This document shows, in pieces, positions 1 through 12,707 of a stretch of 64,000 nucleotides of DNA (position 1 is its first letter; each line of letters opens with the position of its first letter). Origin of the DNA: Eledone cirrhosa (lineage: Eukaryota). Location of the stretch: contig OZ024749.1 in NCBI GenBank assembly GCA_964016885.1, positions 7,068,001 through 7,132,000 of the forward strand, in the 5' to 3' direction. Both the position numbers and the translations under genes were made by a program. The notes beneath the pieces were generated by a model. It was not told the DNA's origin and ran no database searches. It saw nothing but the letters and a program-made list of their open reading frames with translations.

Positions 1-298
1 ACACACACACTCAGATAAATATCAACATACATTCATATATATATATATATATATACATACATATAAATTATATGTATCTATCTATCTATATATATATATA
101 TATACATACATATACATTATATGTATCTATCTATCTATATATATATATACATACATATACATTATATGTATCTATCTATCTATATATATATATACATACA
201 TATACATTATATGTATCTATCTATCTATATATATATATACATACATAAACATTATATGTATCTATCTATATATATATATATATGTGTGTGTGTATATA

Positions 299-338
<40 letters not shown>

Positions 339-422
339 TATATGTATATATATATATATATATGCATATATGTATATATATATATATATGCATATATGTA
401 TATATATATATATATGCATATA

Positions 423-459
<37 letters not shown>

Positions 460-536
460 GCATATATATATATATATGCATATATGTATATATATATATA
501 TATATACATATATGTATATATATATATATACATACA

Positions 537-590
<54 letters not shown>

Positions 591-678
591 TATATATATA
601 TATATATATGCATATATGTGTATATATATATATACATATATATATATATGCATATATGTGTATATATATATATATGCA

Positions 679-709
<31 letters not shown>

Positions 710-976
710 GCATATATATATATATATATATATGCATATATATATATATATATATGCATATATATATATATGCAAATATGTATATATATATATGCAAATA
801 TGTATATATATATGCATATATATATATGCATATATATATATATATATATATGCATATATATATATATGCATATATATATATATGCATATATATATATGCA
901 TATATATATATGCACACACACATATATATATAAATATATATATATCTATATATACACATATCTATATATACACATA

Positions 977-1039
<63 letters not shown>

Positions 1040-1135
1040 ATATGTATATTCATATGTAGATATATACTTACATATATATATGTGTATGTGCATACATATA
1101 CATATACACACATACACATACATACATAGATACAC
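1..1135. repeat. (TA)n/(TACA)n compound microsatellite with a ~44-bp higher-order unit at 40-270
   Basis: Direct reading; source of the YI/HI pseudo-ORFs. Confidence 0.95.
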
Positions 1136-1546
1136 AGAAACCTGTTAAAACATAATGCTCAAATTTGTACAAATTACAAAACCAGCAAAACAACATTTAT
1201 ATATTTTAAATTCTTTTTGCGCGAAGTTCCTCCCCTCTTCCTCCTTCCAATTTCAATCTCCATGCTGCTGCCATTCCATCCATGTCTCCCCCACCAGAGG
1301 AGTAGCATGTAAATGATATTTTCTCTATATTTCCACAAACATTACTTTCTCATTAATAACTTATGTTTTTTTTTAATGCTCCAGGAAATGGCTTCATTTT
1401 CTGCATATATAATATTCTTACATGCCTACATTATATAAAAATACATGTATACATACATATATATATACACACAGTATACATGCATGTATATATACATATA
1501 TATAATATATATATATAATATATATATATATATATAATATATATAT

Positions 1547-1736
1547 AATTGTTTCTACTTTTGGCACAAGGCCAGCAATTACCCAGCGTATTACTGGTAC
1601 TTTATTTTATCGACACCATAAGGATGAAAGGCAAAGTTAACCTCGGCGGGATTTGAACTCAGAATGGCAAGGGCCGTAACTCTATGCGTCAAAACATGGC
1701 GTCCGACCCTCTACCGATACTGCCAATCCACTGGCC
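1547..1736 (-). mobile_element. tRNA-derived SINE family A
   Basis: Reverse complement has A-box (TGGCAGTATCGG) and B-box (GAGTTCAAATCC), a central GCCTTTCATCCTT..GTCGATAAAAT domain resembling Meta-type SINEs, and an AGTAGAAACAAT end; about 10 copies in window. Confidence 0.85.
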
Positions 1737-1737
1737 A

Positions 1738-2043
1738 TATAATATATATATAATATATATATAATATATATATAATATATATAATATATATATATAATAT
1801 ATATATAATATACATAAAATGTATATAATATGTATATATATATATATAATATGTATATAATATATATATGTATATAATATGTATATAATATATATATATA
1901 ATATGTATATAATATATATATATATGTATATAATATATATAAAATATATATATATATATATATATAATATATATAAAATATATATATATATATATATATA
2001 ATATATATAATATGTATATAATATATATATATAATATGTATAT

Positions 2044-2089
<46 letters not shown>

Positions 2090-2104
2090 TAATATGTATA
2101 TAAT

Positions 2105-2157
<53 letters not shown>

Positions 2158-2257
2158 ATATATATATATAATATGTATATAATATATATATATATATATA
2201 ATATATATAATATGTATATAATATATATATATAATATGTATATAATATATATATATA
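1738..2257. repeat. (TA)n-rich microsatellite
   Basis: Direct reading. Confidence 0.95.
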
Positions 2258-2395
2258 ACGAAGGAAATGTGGTAAGGAACCAGGTGGACCATAACGCACC
2301 AAAGAACTCAATACTTGAGGTAGTAGAGTGGGTAATAGGAACCAGTAAGACCCCGACAGCTGAGCTCAAGCCGTTTCGACGGCTAATTCTGGACT
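2258..2395 (-). mobile_element. Penelope-like pLTR fragment, family H5 (3' half of hammerhead)
   Basis: Minus strand GAAA-CGGCT-TGAGCTC-AGCTG-TC followed by ACTC/GAGT hairpin; homologous to 26577-26772 and 32316-32538. Confidence 0.6.
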
Positions 2396-2427
2396 AAAAA
2401 AAAAAAATAAATAAATTTCTTTTTTTT

Positions 2428-3068
2428 CAGGGATCAGATCCTGTTTACTCGAGAGAAGGCTACGTTGGTATGGCCACCTGATGCGCATGAAAGATGACAG
2501 CTGTATAAAAAAGTGCAGGGCAATAAAGATAGACGGTAGCCACGGAGTAGGCAGACCCAGGAAAACCTGGGGCGACTTCTTAAATTCCGACCTCACACAC
2601 TTACACCTCTCCAAGGCAATGTCACTGGACTGAGATCTTTGGCGGTACTCAGTAATAGAGAAGACCCGCCTTACCTAAGTACAAAGTGAAACCTACTACA
2701 GTCAGTAGGCACCTCTAACAAAATACACCCCCGTCCAACTACCCCCACCCCATCCACACCAGCCCCTTTCTATGTAAAGTTATGTTGGTGCCACAACATC
2801 CAGGCCGAAACAAATGAGATCGTGTAGGTGTCACGACAAAAAAAAAAACACACAGTTCACGCTGTAATGTGGCCGTGTAGGTAATACGGTAAAAACCTCC
2901 CAGACCCACACTGTAAATGTGGTTGGTGTTAGGAAGGGCATCCAGCCGTAGAAAACCCGCCAGACAGTCCTGTGTGAGCAAGACAACCACTCTTGCCTCA
3001 AGTGGTAAAACTCCCGTCCAAACCCATGCAAGCGTGGAACATGGACGTTAAACGATGATGATGATGAT
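2428..3068 (+). mobile_element. RTE LINE family 2, 3' fragment
   Basis: Encodes [20 protein letters not shown]; long 3' UTR ends in (GAT)n; matches 47400-48058. Confidence 0.9.
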
Positions 3069-3105
3069 ATTATATATATAATATATGTATATTATTTATA
3101 TATTA

Positions 3106-3293
3106 GGGTGGTGGATTGGCAGTATCCGAAGAGAGTCGGACGCCATGCTTTCCGGCGTAGTTACGTCCCTTTACGGTCTGAGTTCAAATCCCGCCGAGGT
3201 TGACTTTACCTTTCATCCTTACGGGGTCGATAAAATAAAGTACCAATAATGCACTGGGTTATTGCTGGCCTCGTGCCAAAAGTAGAAACAATT
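3106..3293 (+). mobile_element. SINE family A
   Basis: Full-length match to the other copies. Confidence 0.85.
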
Positions 3294-4241
3294 ATATATA
3301 TATTATATATTTATATATATAAATGTATATATATATAATATATATATATATAATATATATATACATATAATATATATATACATATAATATATATATACAT
3401 ATTATATATATATTATATTATATATATATATATTATATATATATTATATTATATATATATTATATATATATATATTATATATATATATATTATATATATA
3501 ATATATATATATATTATATATATAATATATATAATATATATATAATATATATATAATATATATATTATATATTATATATATAATATATATATATATATAA
3601 TATATATATTATATATTATATATATAATATATATATATATATAATATATATAATATATATAATATAATATATATATAATATATATATAATATATATATTA
3701 TATATATATATAATATATATAATATAATATATATATAATATATATAATATAATATATATATAATATATATATTATATATAATATATATATTATATATATA
3801 ATATATATATATATATAATATATATAATATATATAATATAATATATATATAATATATATATAATATATATATTATATATATATATAATATATATAATATA
3901 ATATATATATAATATATATAATATAATATATATATAATATATATATTATATATAATATATATATTATATATATAATATAATATATATATAATATATAATA
4001 TATATATTATATATATAATATAATATATATATAATATATATATTATATATAATATATATATTATATATATAATATAATATATATATAATATATATATTAT
4101 ATATAATATATATATTATATATATAATATAATATATATATAATATATATATTATATATAATATATATATTATATATAATATATATATTATATATATAATA
4201 TAATATATATATAATATATATATTATATATAATATATATAT

Positions 4242-4272
<31 letters not shown>

Positions 4273-4280
4273 ATATATAT

Positions 4281-4327
<47 letters not shown>

Positions 4328-4430
4328 TATATATAATATATATATATATAATATATATATATATATAATATATATATAATATATATATAATATATATATA
4401 TATAATATATATATATATATATACATATAT
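3294..4430. repeat. Nearly pure AT microsatellite (~1.1 kb)
   Basis: Direct reading. Confidence 0.95.
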
Positions 4431-4506
4431 ATAATTTTGAGATAGAGCGCCTGTGATGTTTGCTCTAATTAGAGCAAACATCACAGGCGCTCTATCTCAA
4501 AATTAT
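4431..4506. repeat. Perfect 76-bp palindrome
   Basis: ATAATTTTGAG...CTCTAA|TTAGAG...CTCAAAATTAT. Confidence 0.95.
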
Positions 4507-4690
4507 TTTTGAAAAGCATTAGAAATGCGCAACCGGTGAAAGGTTAAAACTAAAACTGAATACTAACCAATACTTATTACTAATGTTTACTTATTCCTAA
4601 TTAAACTATTTTTCACTGGGAAAAATTTGTCAGCATTTTCTTTTCCTTTTACTAATATATCACAACTCGTGTGTTACACCTCTATTCTTT

Positions 4691-4733
<43 letters not shown>

Positions 4734-4854
4734 AAAGGGGTATATATATATATAATTAGACATAGTCGCAGATACATATATGAGTTCGCAGGAAATACTG
4801 TATATATTTTATCTAGTAGTTCTTCAAACTTGGAATTTTATATATATGTGTATG

Positions 4855-4903
<49 letters not shown>

Positions 4904-4918
4904 GCATGTATATATATG

Positions 4919-4953
<35 letters not shown>

Positions 4954-5040
4954 GTATGTATATATATGTATATATATATATATATATATGTATATAATAT
5001 ATAAGATCAAAAGAAGGTTAAATGAGTTCCATATATTTTT

Positions 5041-5096
5041 TTTTATTATGCGCCTTTCAAAAACAAATATCATTTGTGTTTTCATCAGATAAAATA
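5041..5096 (-). ncRNA. Hammerhead ribozyme (H1, inverted copy)
   Basis: Reverse complement: TATTTTAT-CTGATGA-AAACACAAATGATATTTGTTTTT-GAAA-GGCGCA-TA-ATAAAA; one helix III mismatch. Confidence 0.7.
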
Positions 5097-5212
5097 GGAG
5101 GACATGATATGAAGGTTAAAAACACTTGTGGATAGTGCAGTTTTAAATCAACATATATTGATTTAATACTGCACTATCCAAAAGTGTTTTTAACCTTCAT
5201 ATCATGTCGTCC

Positions 5213-5283
5213 TATTTTATCTGATGAAAACACAAATGTTATTGCATGATGATATTTGTTTTTGAAATGCGCATAATAAAATA
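5213..5283 (+). ncRNA. Minimal type-I hammerhead ribozyme (H1)
   Basis: TATTTTAT-CTGATGA-long stem II-GAAA-TGCGCA-TA-ATAAAATA; 8-bp helix I, palindromic helix III. Confidence 0.85.
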
Positions 5284-5416
5284 TATGGAACTCATTTAAC
5301 CATCTTTTGATCTTATATATTATGTATACTCCAGTCCTACAAACTGTAGAGTGCTTCTTATCCGATATCTGCATTGCTTTATTGTACTACAATAAAACAC
5401 CTCCTACATATATATG

Positions 5417-5453
<37 letters not shown>

Positions 5454-5533
5454 GCAAATTAGGCTGCTCAGCAGTTAATATGCATAAGGAAAGTAAATAC
5501 TTTCACACATTCAACCATCTGGCAGGAAGGTGT

Positions 5534-5576
5534 ATGTTGCTGACGATAGCTAATAAGCTTGAAACTAGTACAGCGT
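5534..5576 (+). ncRNA. Minimal hammerhead ribozyme (H0, copy 1)
   Basis: ATGTTG-CTGACGA-TAGCTAATAAGCTT-GAAA-CTAG-TA-CAGCGT. Confidence 0.85.
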
Positions 5577-5970
5577 TCCTTTGTCACTGTTGAACAAATG
5601 AGCAACGATGGTTGCTAGACACTATACGGCTTAATTCAGGATGTTAGTTTACAAACACACCGAGCATTATAATAAATGTTCGGTGAATCCATACGTACAT
5701 ATATATATGTGTGCATGTATGTATATATATATATATATTTACATACTACTGTACGTCTGTATACATATATGCATGTACGTATACATACTTATATTTAAGT
5801 AACAGCCGTACTAAGAGCGAGAAATGAAATTTCGTTTCATTCTTTCCATTTATCGTTTTCGGTACCCCGGCCGATTATCTCACTCGATATGCAAATTAGG
5901 CTGCTCAGCCGTTAATATGCATAAGGAAAGTAAATACTTTCACACGTTCAACCATCTGGCAGGAAGGTAT

Positions 5971-6013
5971 ACGTTGCTGATGATAGCTAATAAGCTTGAA
6001 ACTAGTACAGCGT
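5971..6013 (+). ncRNA. Minimal hammerhead ribozyme (H0, copy 2)
   Basis: ACGTTG-CTGATGA-TAGCTAATAAGCTT-GAAA-CTAG-TA-CAGCGT; 437 nt after copy 1. Confidence 0.88.
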
Positions 6014-6152
6014 TCCTTTGTCAGTGTTGAACAAACGAGCAACGATGGTTGCTGGACACTACGGCTTAATAAAGGATGTTTGTTTACAAACACACCGAGC
6101 ATTATAATAAATGCTCGGTGAATCCATACGTACATATATATATGTGTGCATG

Positions 6153-6186
<34 letters not shown>

Positions 6187-6189
<3 letters not shown>

Positions 6190-6534
6190 TCATCATCAAC
6201 GTTTAACGTCCGTGTTCCACGCTTGCATGGGTTTGGATGGGGGTTTTCCCACTTGAGGCAAGAGTGATTGTCTTGCTCGCATAGGACTGTATGGCGGGTT
6301 TTCTACAGCTGGATGCCCTTCCTAACACCAACCACATTTCCGTGCTACCTACACGGCCACATTACAGCGTGGACTGTGTGTTTTTTTTGTCGTGACACCT
6401 ACACGATCTCATTTGTTTCGGCCTGGATGTTGTGGCACCAACATAACTTTACATTGAAAGGGGTGGTGTGGATGGGGTGGGGGTGGTGGGACGCGGGTGT
6501 ATTTTGTTAGAGATGCCTACTGACTGTAGTAGGT
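6187..6534 (-). mobile_element. RTE family 2 3' UTR fragment
   Basis: Reverse complement matches 2690-3068; (ATC)n tail. Confidence 0.85.
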
Positions 6535-6621
6535 TTATATATATACATACTACTGTACGTCTGTATACATATATGTATGTACGTATACATACTTATATAT
6601 GTATATATATATATGTATATA

Positions 6622-6654
<33 letters not shown>

Positions 6655-6954
6655 TATCATCGTCATCATCATCATTTAACGTCTATTATCTTCCATCATA
6701 GCATGAGCTAGATGGGTTCATCATATTTAGGGGCAAGTTGTTACGGGTAACCATGTGTCGCTCGGGTAACCATGTGTCGCTCATATGGGACTGTTTCAGA
6801 CCAGATTTCTATGGCTGAATGCCCTTCCTACCGCCAACCACATTTACAGTGTGTCCTAGGTGCTTTTTGTCGTGTCACCTGTATGACCAATTTACAATGT
6901 GGGCTGCTTATATATACACACACACATCAATAATAGACATACACATGTATAATA

Positions 6955-7031
6955 CAGGGTGTCCCAAAACAATGTATACACATTTCAACAACATTCTTAT
7001 AATTATGTGTATACATATTTTGGAGACCCTG
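6955..7031. mobile_element. ~77-bp Tc1/mariner-type MITE
   Basis: TA-CAGGGTGTCCCAAAA...TTTTGGAGACCCTG-TA; second copy at 35804-35876. Confidence 0.75.
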
Positions 7032-7763
7032 TATATATAAATATGTGTATAAAAAAAGAGTCAGGACCCCAACAGCTGAGCCCTGACCATTTCAACAGCT
7101 ATATATATATATGATGGCTGCTCCCGCATTATCAAGTATGGCCATTGCACGATATAACATTATTAATAATTATTAATTAATTTCATCGTGCAATGCCTGT
7201 GCGTGAAGATATTTTTTAAAGTGAAGAAAGACTGTGCACTGAGCCAATCCCACTCTCTGAGCGACAGTAGCTATAACCCCAAAAAAAGAAAAGAACAACA
7301 TCATAGGTAACTACTGAGCCGCAGGTTTTATATTGGAGTTATCCCAGTTTCCTGAGTTGCCTTCTCCTAGAAGAATGCCCTGACAAAGGCTAGCGGTCCT
7401 TCACTCCCAGTGGTTTAACCACGCGATCGGATGTCCAGCCCGACTATTTCTATGTCCCCGCACATATACATACACATGCACCCATGTATATATACATATA
7501 CATACATATGTACATGTGTATATACATATTTACACACTTTCGGGTGGCCGTTGACCCTTATGAGTTCTTCCGCCCTTTGTCAGGTTTTGTTTTTTGTCCT
7601 GCAGGGTGTCCAAACTCACCCTCCTCACCAAGTATGTCCGGTCACTCTTGAGTGCTACTGGTGACATGTAACCCAGTACAAACTGTTGCATGGTCGGGTC
7701 GTTGGCGACTAAACCGGCAACCCCACCAAGTTTACTATATATACAAATATATATATATATAGT

Positions 7764-8104
7764 GGAGGCACATGGCTTAGTGGTTAGAGCATTGGCCTTG
7801 CAATCGAAAGGTTGTGAGTTCAATTCTCAGACCGGGTGATGTGTTGTTTCCTTGAGCAAGACACTTTATTTCACATTGTTCCAGTTTACTCAGCTGTAGA
7901 AATGAGATGATAGGGACTGGGGTCCCTATCATTCCACTGCAAAGTGGTCATGGAGGTGCCATGGCAAAAAAGCACCCATCACTCACTGTAAATGAGGTTG
8001 GTGTTAGGAAGGGCATCCAGCTGTAGAAATCAAGCCAGAATCAGTTCCCGTCCCACCCTTGCAAGCAGGGAAAAAGCGGACGTAAAATGAAATGATGAAA
8101 TGAT
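7764..8104 (+). mobile_element. tRNA-derived SINE family B with RTE-derived 3' tail
   Basis: TGGCTTAGTGG A-box, GAGTTCAATTC B-box, CCTTGAGCAAGACACTT core, tail CCCACCCTTGCAAGCAGGGAAAA..GGACGTAAAATG. Confidence 0.85.
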
Positions 8105-8114
8105 ATATATATAT

Positions 8115-8498
8115 GGAGGCACATGGCTTAGTGGTTAGCACATTGGCCTTGCAATCGAAAGGTTGTGAGTTCAATTCTCAGACCGGGTGATGTGTTGTGT
8201 CCTTGAGCAAGACACTTTATTTCACATTGCTCCAGTTTACTCAGCTGTAGAAGTGAGATGATAGGGACCCCAGTCCCTATCAATCAACTGCAAAATGGTC
8301 GTGGAGGTGCCACGGCTAAAAAGCACCCAGCCCACACTGTAAAGTGGACGTGTAGGCGCCACGGCAAAAAAGCACCCAGCACTCACTGTAAATGAGGTTG
8401 GTGTTAGGAAGGGCATCCAGCTGTAGAAATTAAGCCAGAATCAGTTCCTGTCCCACCCTTGTAAGCAGGGAAAAGCAGACGTAAAATGATGATGATGA

Positions 8499-8500
<2 letters not shown>
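8115..8500 (+). mobile_element. SINE family B
   Basis: Second, tandem copy. Confidence 0.85.
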
Positions 8501-8548
<48 letters not shown>

Positions 8549-8634
8549 ATGATGATGATGATGACATATATATATATATATATATATACACACATCAATA
8601 ATATACATACATGTATAATATATATAGATATATG

Positions 8635-8888
8635 GACGTCTGTCATTTCCAATGATGAGAACTTCAGTAGATTTAATCAATTGGAATGCCTCCTTCCGAA
8701 ATTTATGAGTAAAGTGGCTGAGCATTCTACAAACAAATTCACCATCAACGTATTTCTCAGGAAGATTCAGCATGACATAATATCTGTCAAAGCTGGGTCC
8801 GACATAACACACTGCTTAGCCTAGGAATTGAACTCATGAACTTACGATCATAAGTTTAACATACCAACAACTAAGGCATGCACTTTCA
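8635..8888 (-). mobile_element. Older tRNA-derived SINE
   Basis: Degenerate tRNA-like head; body matches 15660-15915 (GAATGCTCAGCCACTT). Confidence 0.55.
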
Positions 8889-8915
8889 CTATGTATAATA
8901 TACATGTATATATAA

Positions 8916-9331
8916 ATAATATAAGATCAAAAGATGGTTAAAACAGTTCCAAGTATTTTATTATGCGCATTTCAAAAACAAATATCATCATGAGATGATA
9001 TCTGCGTTTTCATCAGATAAAATAGGGATACATGATATGAAGGTTAAAAAACACTTGTGAATAGTGAAGTTTTAAATCAACATATGAAGACAACTTCACT
9101 ATTCACAAGTGTTTTTTAAATTTCTTTTCATGAATCCCTATTTTATCTTATGAAAACGCAGATATCTCATGATGATATTTGTTTTTGAAATGCGCGTAAT
9201 AAAATACTTGGAACTCTTTTAACCATCTTTTGATCTTATATTATTTATACTGCAGTCCTACAAACTGTAGAGTGCTACTTATCCGATATTTGCATTGCTT
9301 TATTGTACTACAATAAAACTCACCTCCTACA
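8916..9331. mobile_element. Foldback H1 element (minus HHR 8954-9024 intact; plus HHR core mutated to CTTATGA)
   Basis: Homologous to 4997-5408 with the same geometry. Confidence 0.8.
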
Positions 9332-9579
9332 TGTATATATAGATATATAGATATATAATATACCCCTACATATATGATATAGATATATGTAATATACATA
9401 TAATATAATCATCATCATCGTCATGATATATTCATGTAGATGATGTAAAAAATATATAAGCTATATATATAAAAATATACATAGCTCTACATATATATTA
9501 TACATACATACATATATAATATACATGCATAATATATATATACACGTAACATATACATATATATATATTTATTTGTTGT

Positions 9580-10116
9580 GCCATAGTATCTAGAATAAGA
9601 CGGGTTGGAAGAAGTTTAGGGAGCTGCTTCCTCTGCTAACAAAGAAGGGTTTATCCGAAAGGCCGGTTATATGATGCCTGTGCGAGATGCACGATGCTGC
9701 ATGGTAGTGAGACATGGGCAGCAACTGCGGAGGATATGCGACGGCTGGAGAGAAATGAAGCAAGCATACTCTGATGGATGTACAATGTCACTGAGCCTGA
9801 ATGACCAAGCATGGACAAGTTGAGAGAGAAACTGTGTATAGGAGGGATAAGCTGTAGTGTACGGGAGAGAAGACTGCGCTGGTATGGACATGTGATGTAC
9901 ATGGAGGATTATCGTTGGGTAAAGATGTGCCAAGAAATCCCAGTGGAAAGAAGACGCAGAAGAGGAAGACCACAAAAATCATGGGTGGAAGTGGAGAGAG
10001 CTGACCTCAGCAGGTCAGAGAGGAGATGATGAACGACTGTGATGAATGGAGAGATGCTGTGCTGAATAGAACCCGTCCCACCCTTGCAAGCAGGGAAAAT
10101 GGACGTATGATGATGA
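9580..10116 (+). mobile_element. RTE family 1, 3' fragment
   Basis: Matches 18095-18659. Confidence 0.9.
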
Positions 10117-10572
10117 TATATATATACATACATACATAATATATGCATATATATATATACATACATACATAATATATGCACATATATATATATACATACA
10201 TACATAATATATGCATATATATATATATACATACATACATAATATATGCATATATATATATACATGCATACATAATATATGCATATATATATATATACAT
10301 ACATACATAATATATGCATATATATATATACATGCATACATAATATATGCATATATATATATACATGCATACATAATATATGCATATATATATATGTATA
10401 TATGCATATATATACATACATAATATATGCATATATATATATATACATAATATATGCATATATATATACATACATAATATATGCATATATATATACATAC
10501 ATAATATATGCATATATATATATAATATATACATATATCTACATACATACATAATATATGCATATATATACG

Positions 10573-10624
<52 letters not shown>

Positions 10625-11374
10625 CATACACATACATAATATATATATGTAATAAAATAAATGCATGGAGGACATCTTACATATGTGTGCATTTGTATGT
10701 AATTTTCTTCTTTAATTCATTTCCATGGAAAAAGATAGTTATCAAATACATGTAAGGAGAATGAGATTTCTGAAGAATTCATCTCTACAGAAGAGTTCTA
10801 AAAACATAATGTATTTGTTTCATTAGTTTTGTTTATTTTTTCTTTGTTTTTTATTTTAGCTTCTTTGATATTATTTTGTGTGGGAAGGAAGTGGAGTCAT
10901 AACGAAATTCTATTTAATAAAATATGTATACATATGTAAGATTTCCTTCCCATCATTTTTTCAAAATGTTGTTTAAAATTATAAATGCTTGGTAATTTCT
11001 CAATTCTGTAAGAAGCCAATGAAGAACAAGTGTTGCCCCCCCCCCCTACCTATCGTTTTGTTTATACACGTGTGTTTTTTTTTGGGGGGGGTTGTTTTGT
11101 AGAAGAACATTTCCCTGTGTTTAACATCCTCGTCACCAAGTTAGTAACATTGGAAGATGATGGCAGTTATAGACAGCAGAGGACAGGGCCAATAGAGTGG
11201 GAGGGGGCTGGTCCAGCCAGTACTTTGTTCTGGGGCCCAAGAGCTAAGAAGGCCCCACAGAAACCATGCAACATCCATTTTGAGAAATATCTTTGCCTGA
11301 TTTGGGCCACAAAGGGATCATGTACCGCCTTACAAAATTTCCCTCGACAGCCCTGGCAGAGGATTCAAACTGGC

Positions 11375-12030
11375 AAATTAACCAGCCAGATACCGAAGCT
11401 CATGGATGTTATCCAACCATCTGGCTTGGAGTCTACCCCTGGATCCTCGGTCAATTGGTTTGCTCCATACAATTTGTCCAGCAATGATTTTCATTCCAGC
11501 CATGCAGCATTCAACAGCACACTTATCAAGTGCAGTAAACTTATTAAGTAGTACCATGTTGTCTGCAAATTCCACCCCCACTGATGCTACACCTGCCAGT
11601 TTTGATACCACTTCCAACCCAGCTCTGTATGTCAATCCAGTTCCTAATGATTATGAACAAGAGAGGTGGCAGTAGGCACCCTTGGTGGAGTCTAACTCCC
11701 ACATTGAATGGTTTCAACATAGCAGTATTTATCTGAACACCAATGCAAGGGCATTCATATAGAGACATCAGGGCAATAAGAAACTGTCCATCGATCTCAT
11801 ACTCCTGCAGAACCTGCCACAACAGGTCACATGGAACGTGGTCATATGCATTTTCAAGGTCTACATAACAAGAATACATCTCTTGGCAATACTTCCACGA
11901 TTTCTCAAATACCTGCCACAGAGGCCCTATATTTGGTCAGCCCTATTGCTTCCTGAGCAAAAACCACAGGTTATCAGTTAGCTTGGCCTTGACAATCTCC
12001 CTACATCTCTTTGCCAGACATTTAGCCTAG
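11375..12030 (-). mobile_element. RTE family 3, degenerate RT fragment
   Basis: YSCYVDLENAYDHVP..LHQGCLLPPLLFII RT motifs. Confidence 0.8.
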
Positions 12031-12169
12031 ACGTCTGTGTCAGGCTCCTCTATCTTCATGAAACCTTTGGTAAATGAAATAATTACCTTATGTTGTTTAT
12101 TACATAACTAAAAGGCTCTGTAGCCTACATAGAGCACTCTCTTTTCCTTTACCTTTCCTACGGAAACAC

Positions 12170-12207
<38 letters not shown>

Positions 12208-12213
<6 letters not shown>

Positions 12214-12662
12214 ATTAAATAAATGGAAACTATATTTATAAAACCATATTTATTTCATTATATATATTTCAGGGATATCATATTAACAATATGCTATGCC
12301 TTCCTCAGACAAAATACAATATAAACAGTTTTATAGATAAATAGATTTGACATACCGTAACAACATCGACTTGTATTTGAAAAGTTGAATTGGCAATTCA
12401 ACTTTTCAAATACAAGTCGATGTTGTTACGGTATGTCAAATCTATTTATCTATAAAACTGTTTATATTGTATTTTGTCTGAGGAAGGCATAGCATATTGT
12501 TAATATGATATCCCTGAAATATATATAATGAAATAAATATGGTTTCATAAATATAGTTTCCATTTATTTAATATTGTAAATATACTCCAAATACTTGTCG
12601 AGTGCTTTTATATCAGTTATAAATATTTACTAGTTGTAACCCAACAATTTAAATATAACTTT

Positions 12663-12664
<2 letters not shown>
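12208..12664. mobile_element. Foldback pLTR element, family H2 (371-bp near-perfect palindrome plus 3' tail)
   Basis: Arms 12208-12392 and 12394-12578; both carry an HHR; flanked by (TA)n. Confidence 0.85.
12470..12535 (+). ncRNA. Minimal hammerhead ribozyme (H2)
   Basis: TATTTTGT-CTGAGGA-AGG..CCT-GAAA-TATATA-TA-ATGAAATA; mirror copy at 12251-12316 (-). Confidence 0.8.

Positions 12665-12707
<43 letters not shown>

Larger units (their letters stand above)
4997..5408. mobile_element. Foldback Penelope-like pLTR element, family H1, with two hammerheads
   Basis: Inverted arms centred near 5155, each with CTGATGA..GAAA; flanked by (TA)n. Confidence 0.8.
5451..6600 (+). mobile_element. Tandem HHR-containing repeat (retrozyme/PLE pLTR-like), 437-nt period
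   Basis: 5451-5795 is repeated from 5888; the second unit is interrupted by an RTE tail and resumes at 6541. Confidence 0.75.

Noticed and set aside
121-4484. Long YI/HI/MY-rich ORFs (also at 10, 24, 25.6 and 35 kb)
   Set aside because: Stop-poor translations of TA/CA microsatellites, open in many frames
4997-5320. Foldbacks as assembly artefacts
   Set aside because: Most arms differ by substitutions or indels and recur with the same geometry at independent loci; only the near-perfect palindromes need read confirmation
7764-7835. tRNA gene
   Set aside because: tRNA-like SINE head that continues into SINE body and LINE tail; multicopy
8441-8824. ORFs as host exons
   Set aside because: Overlap an old SINE (homologous to 15660-15915) and simple repeats
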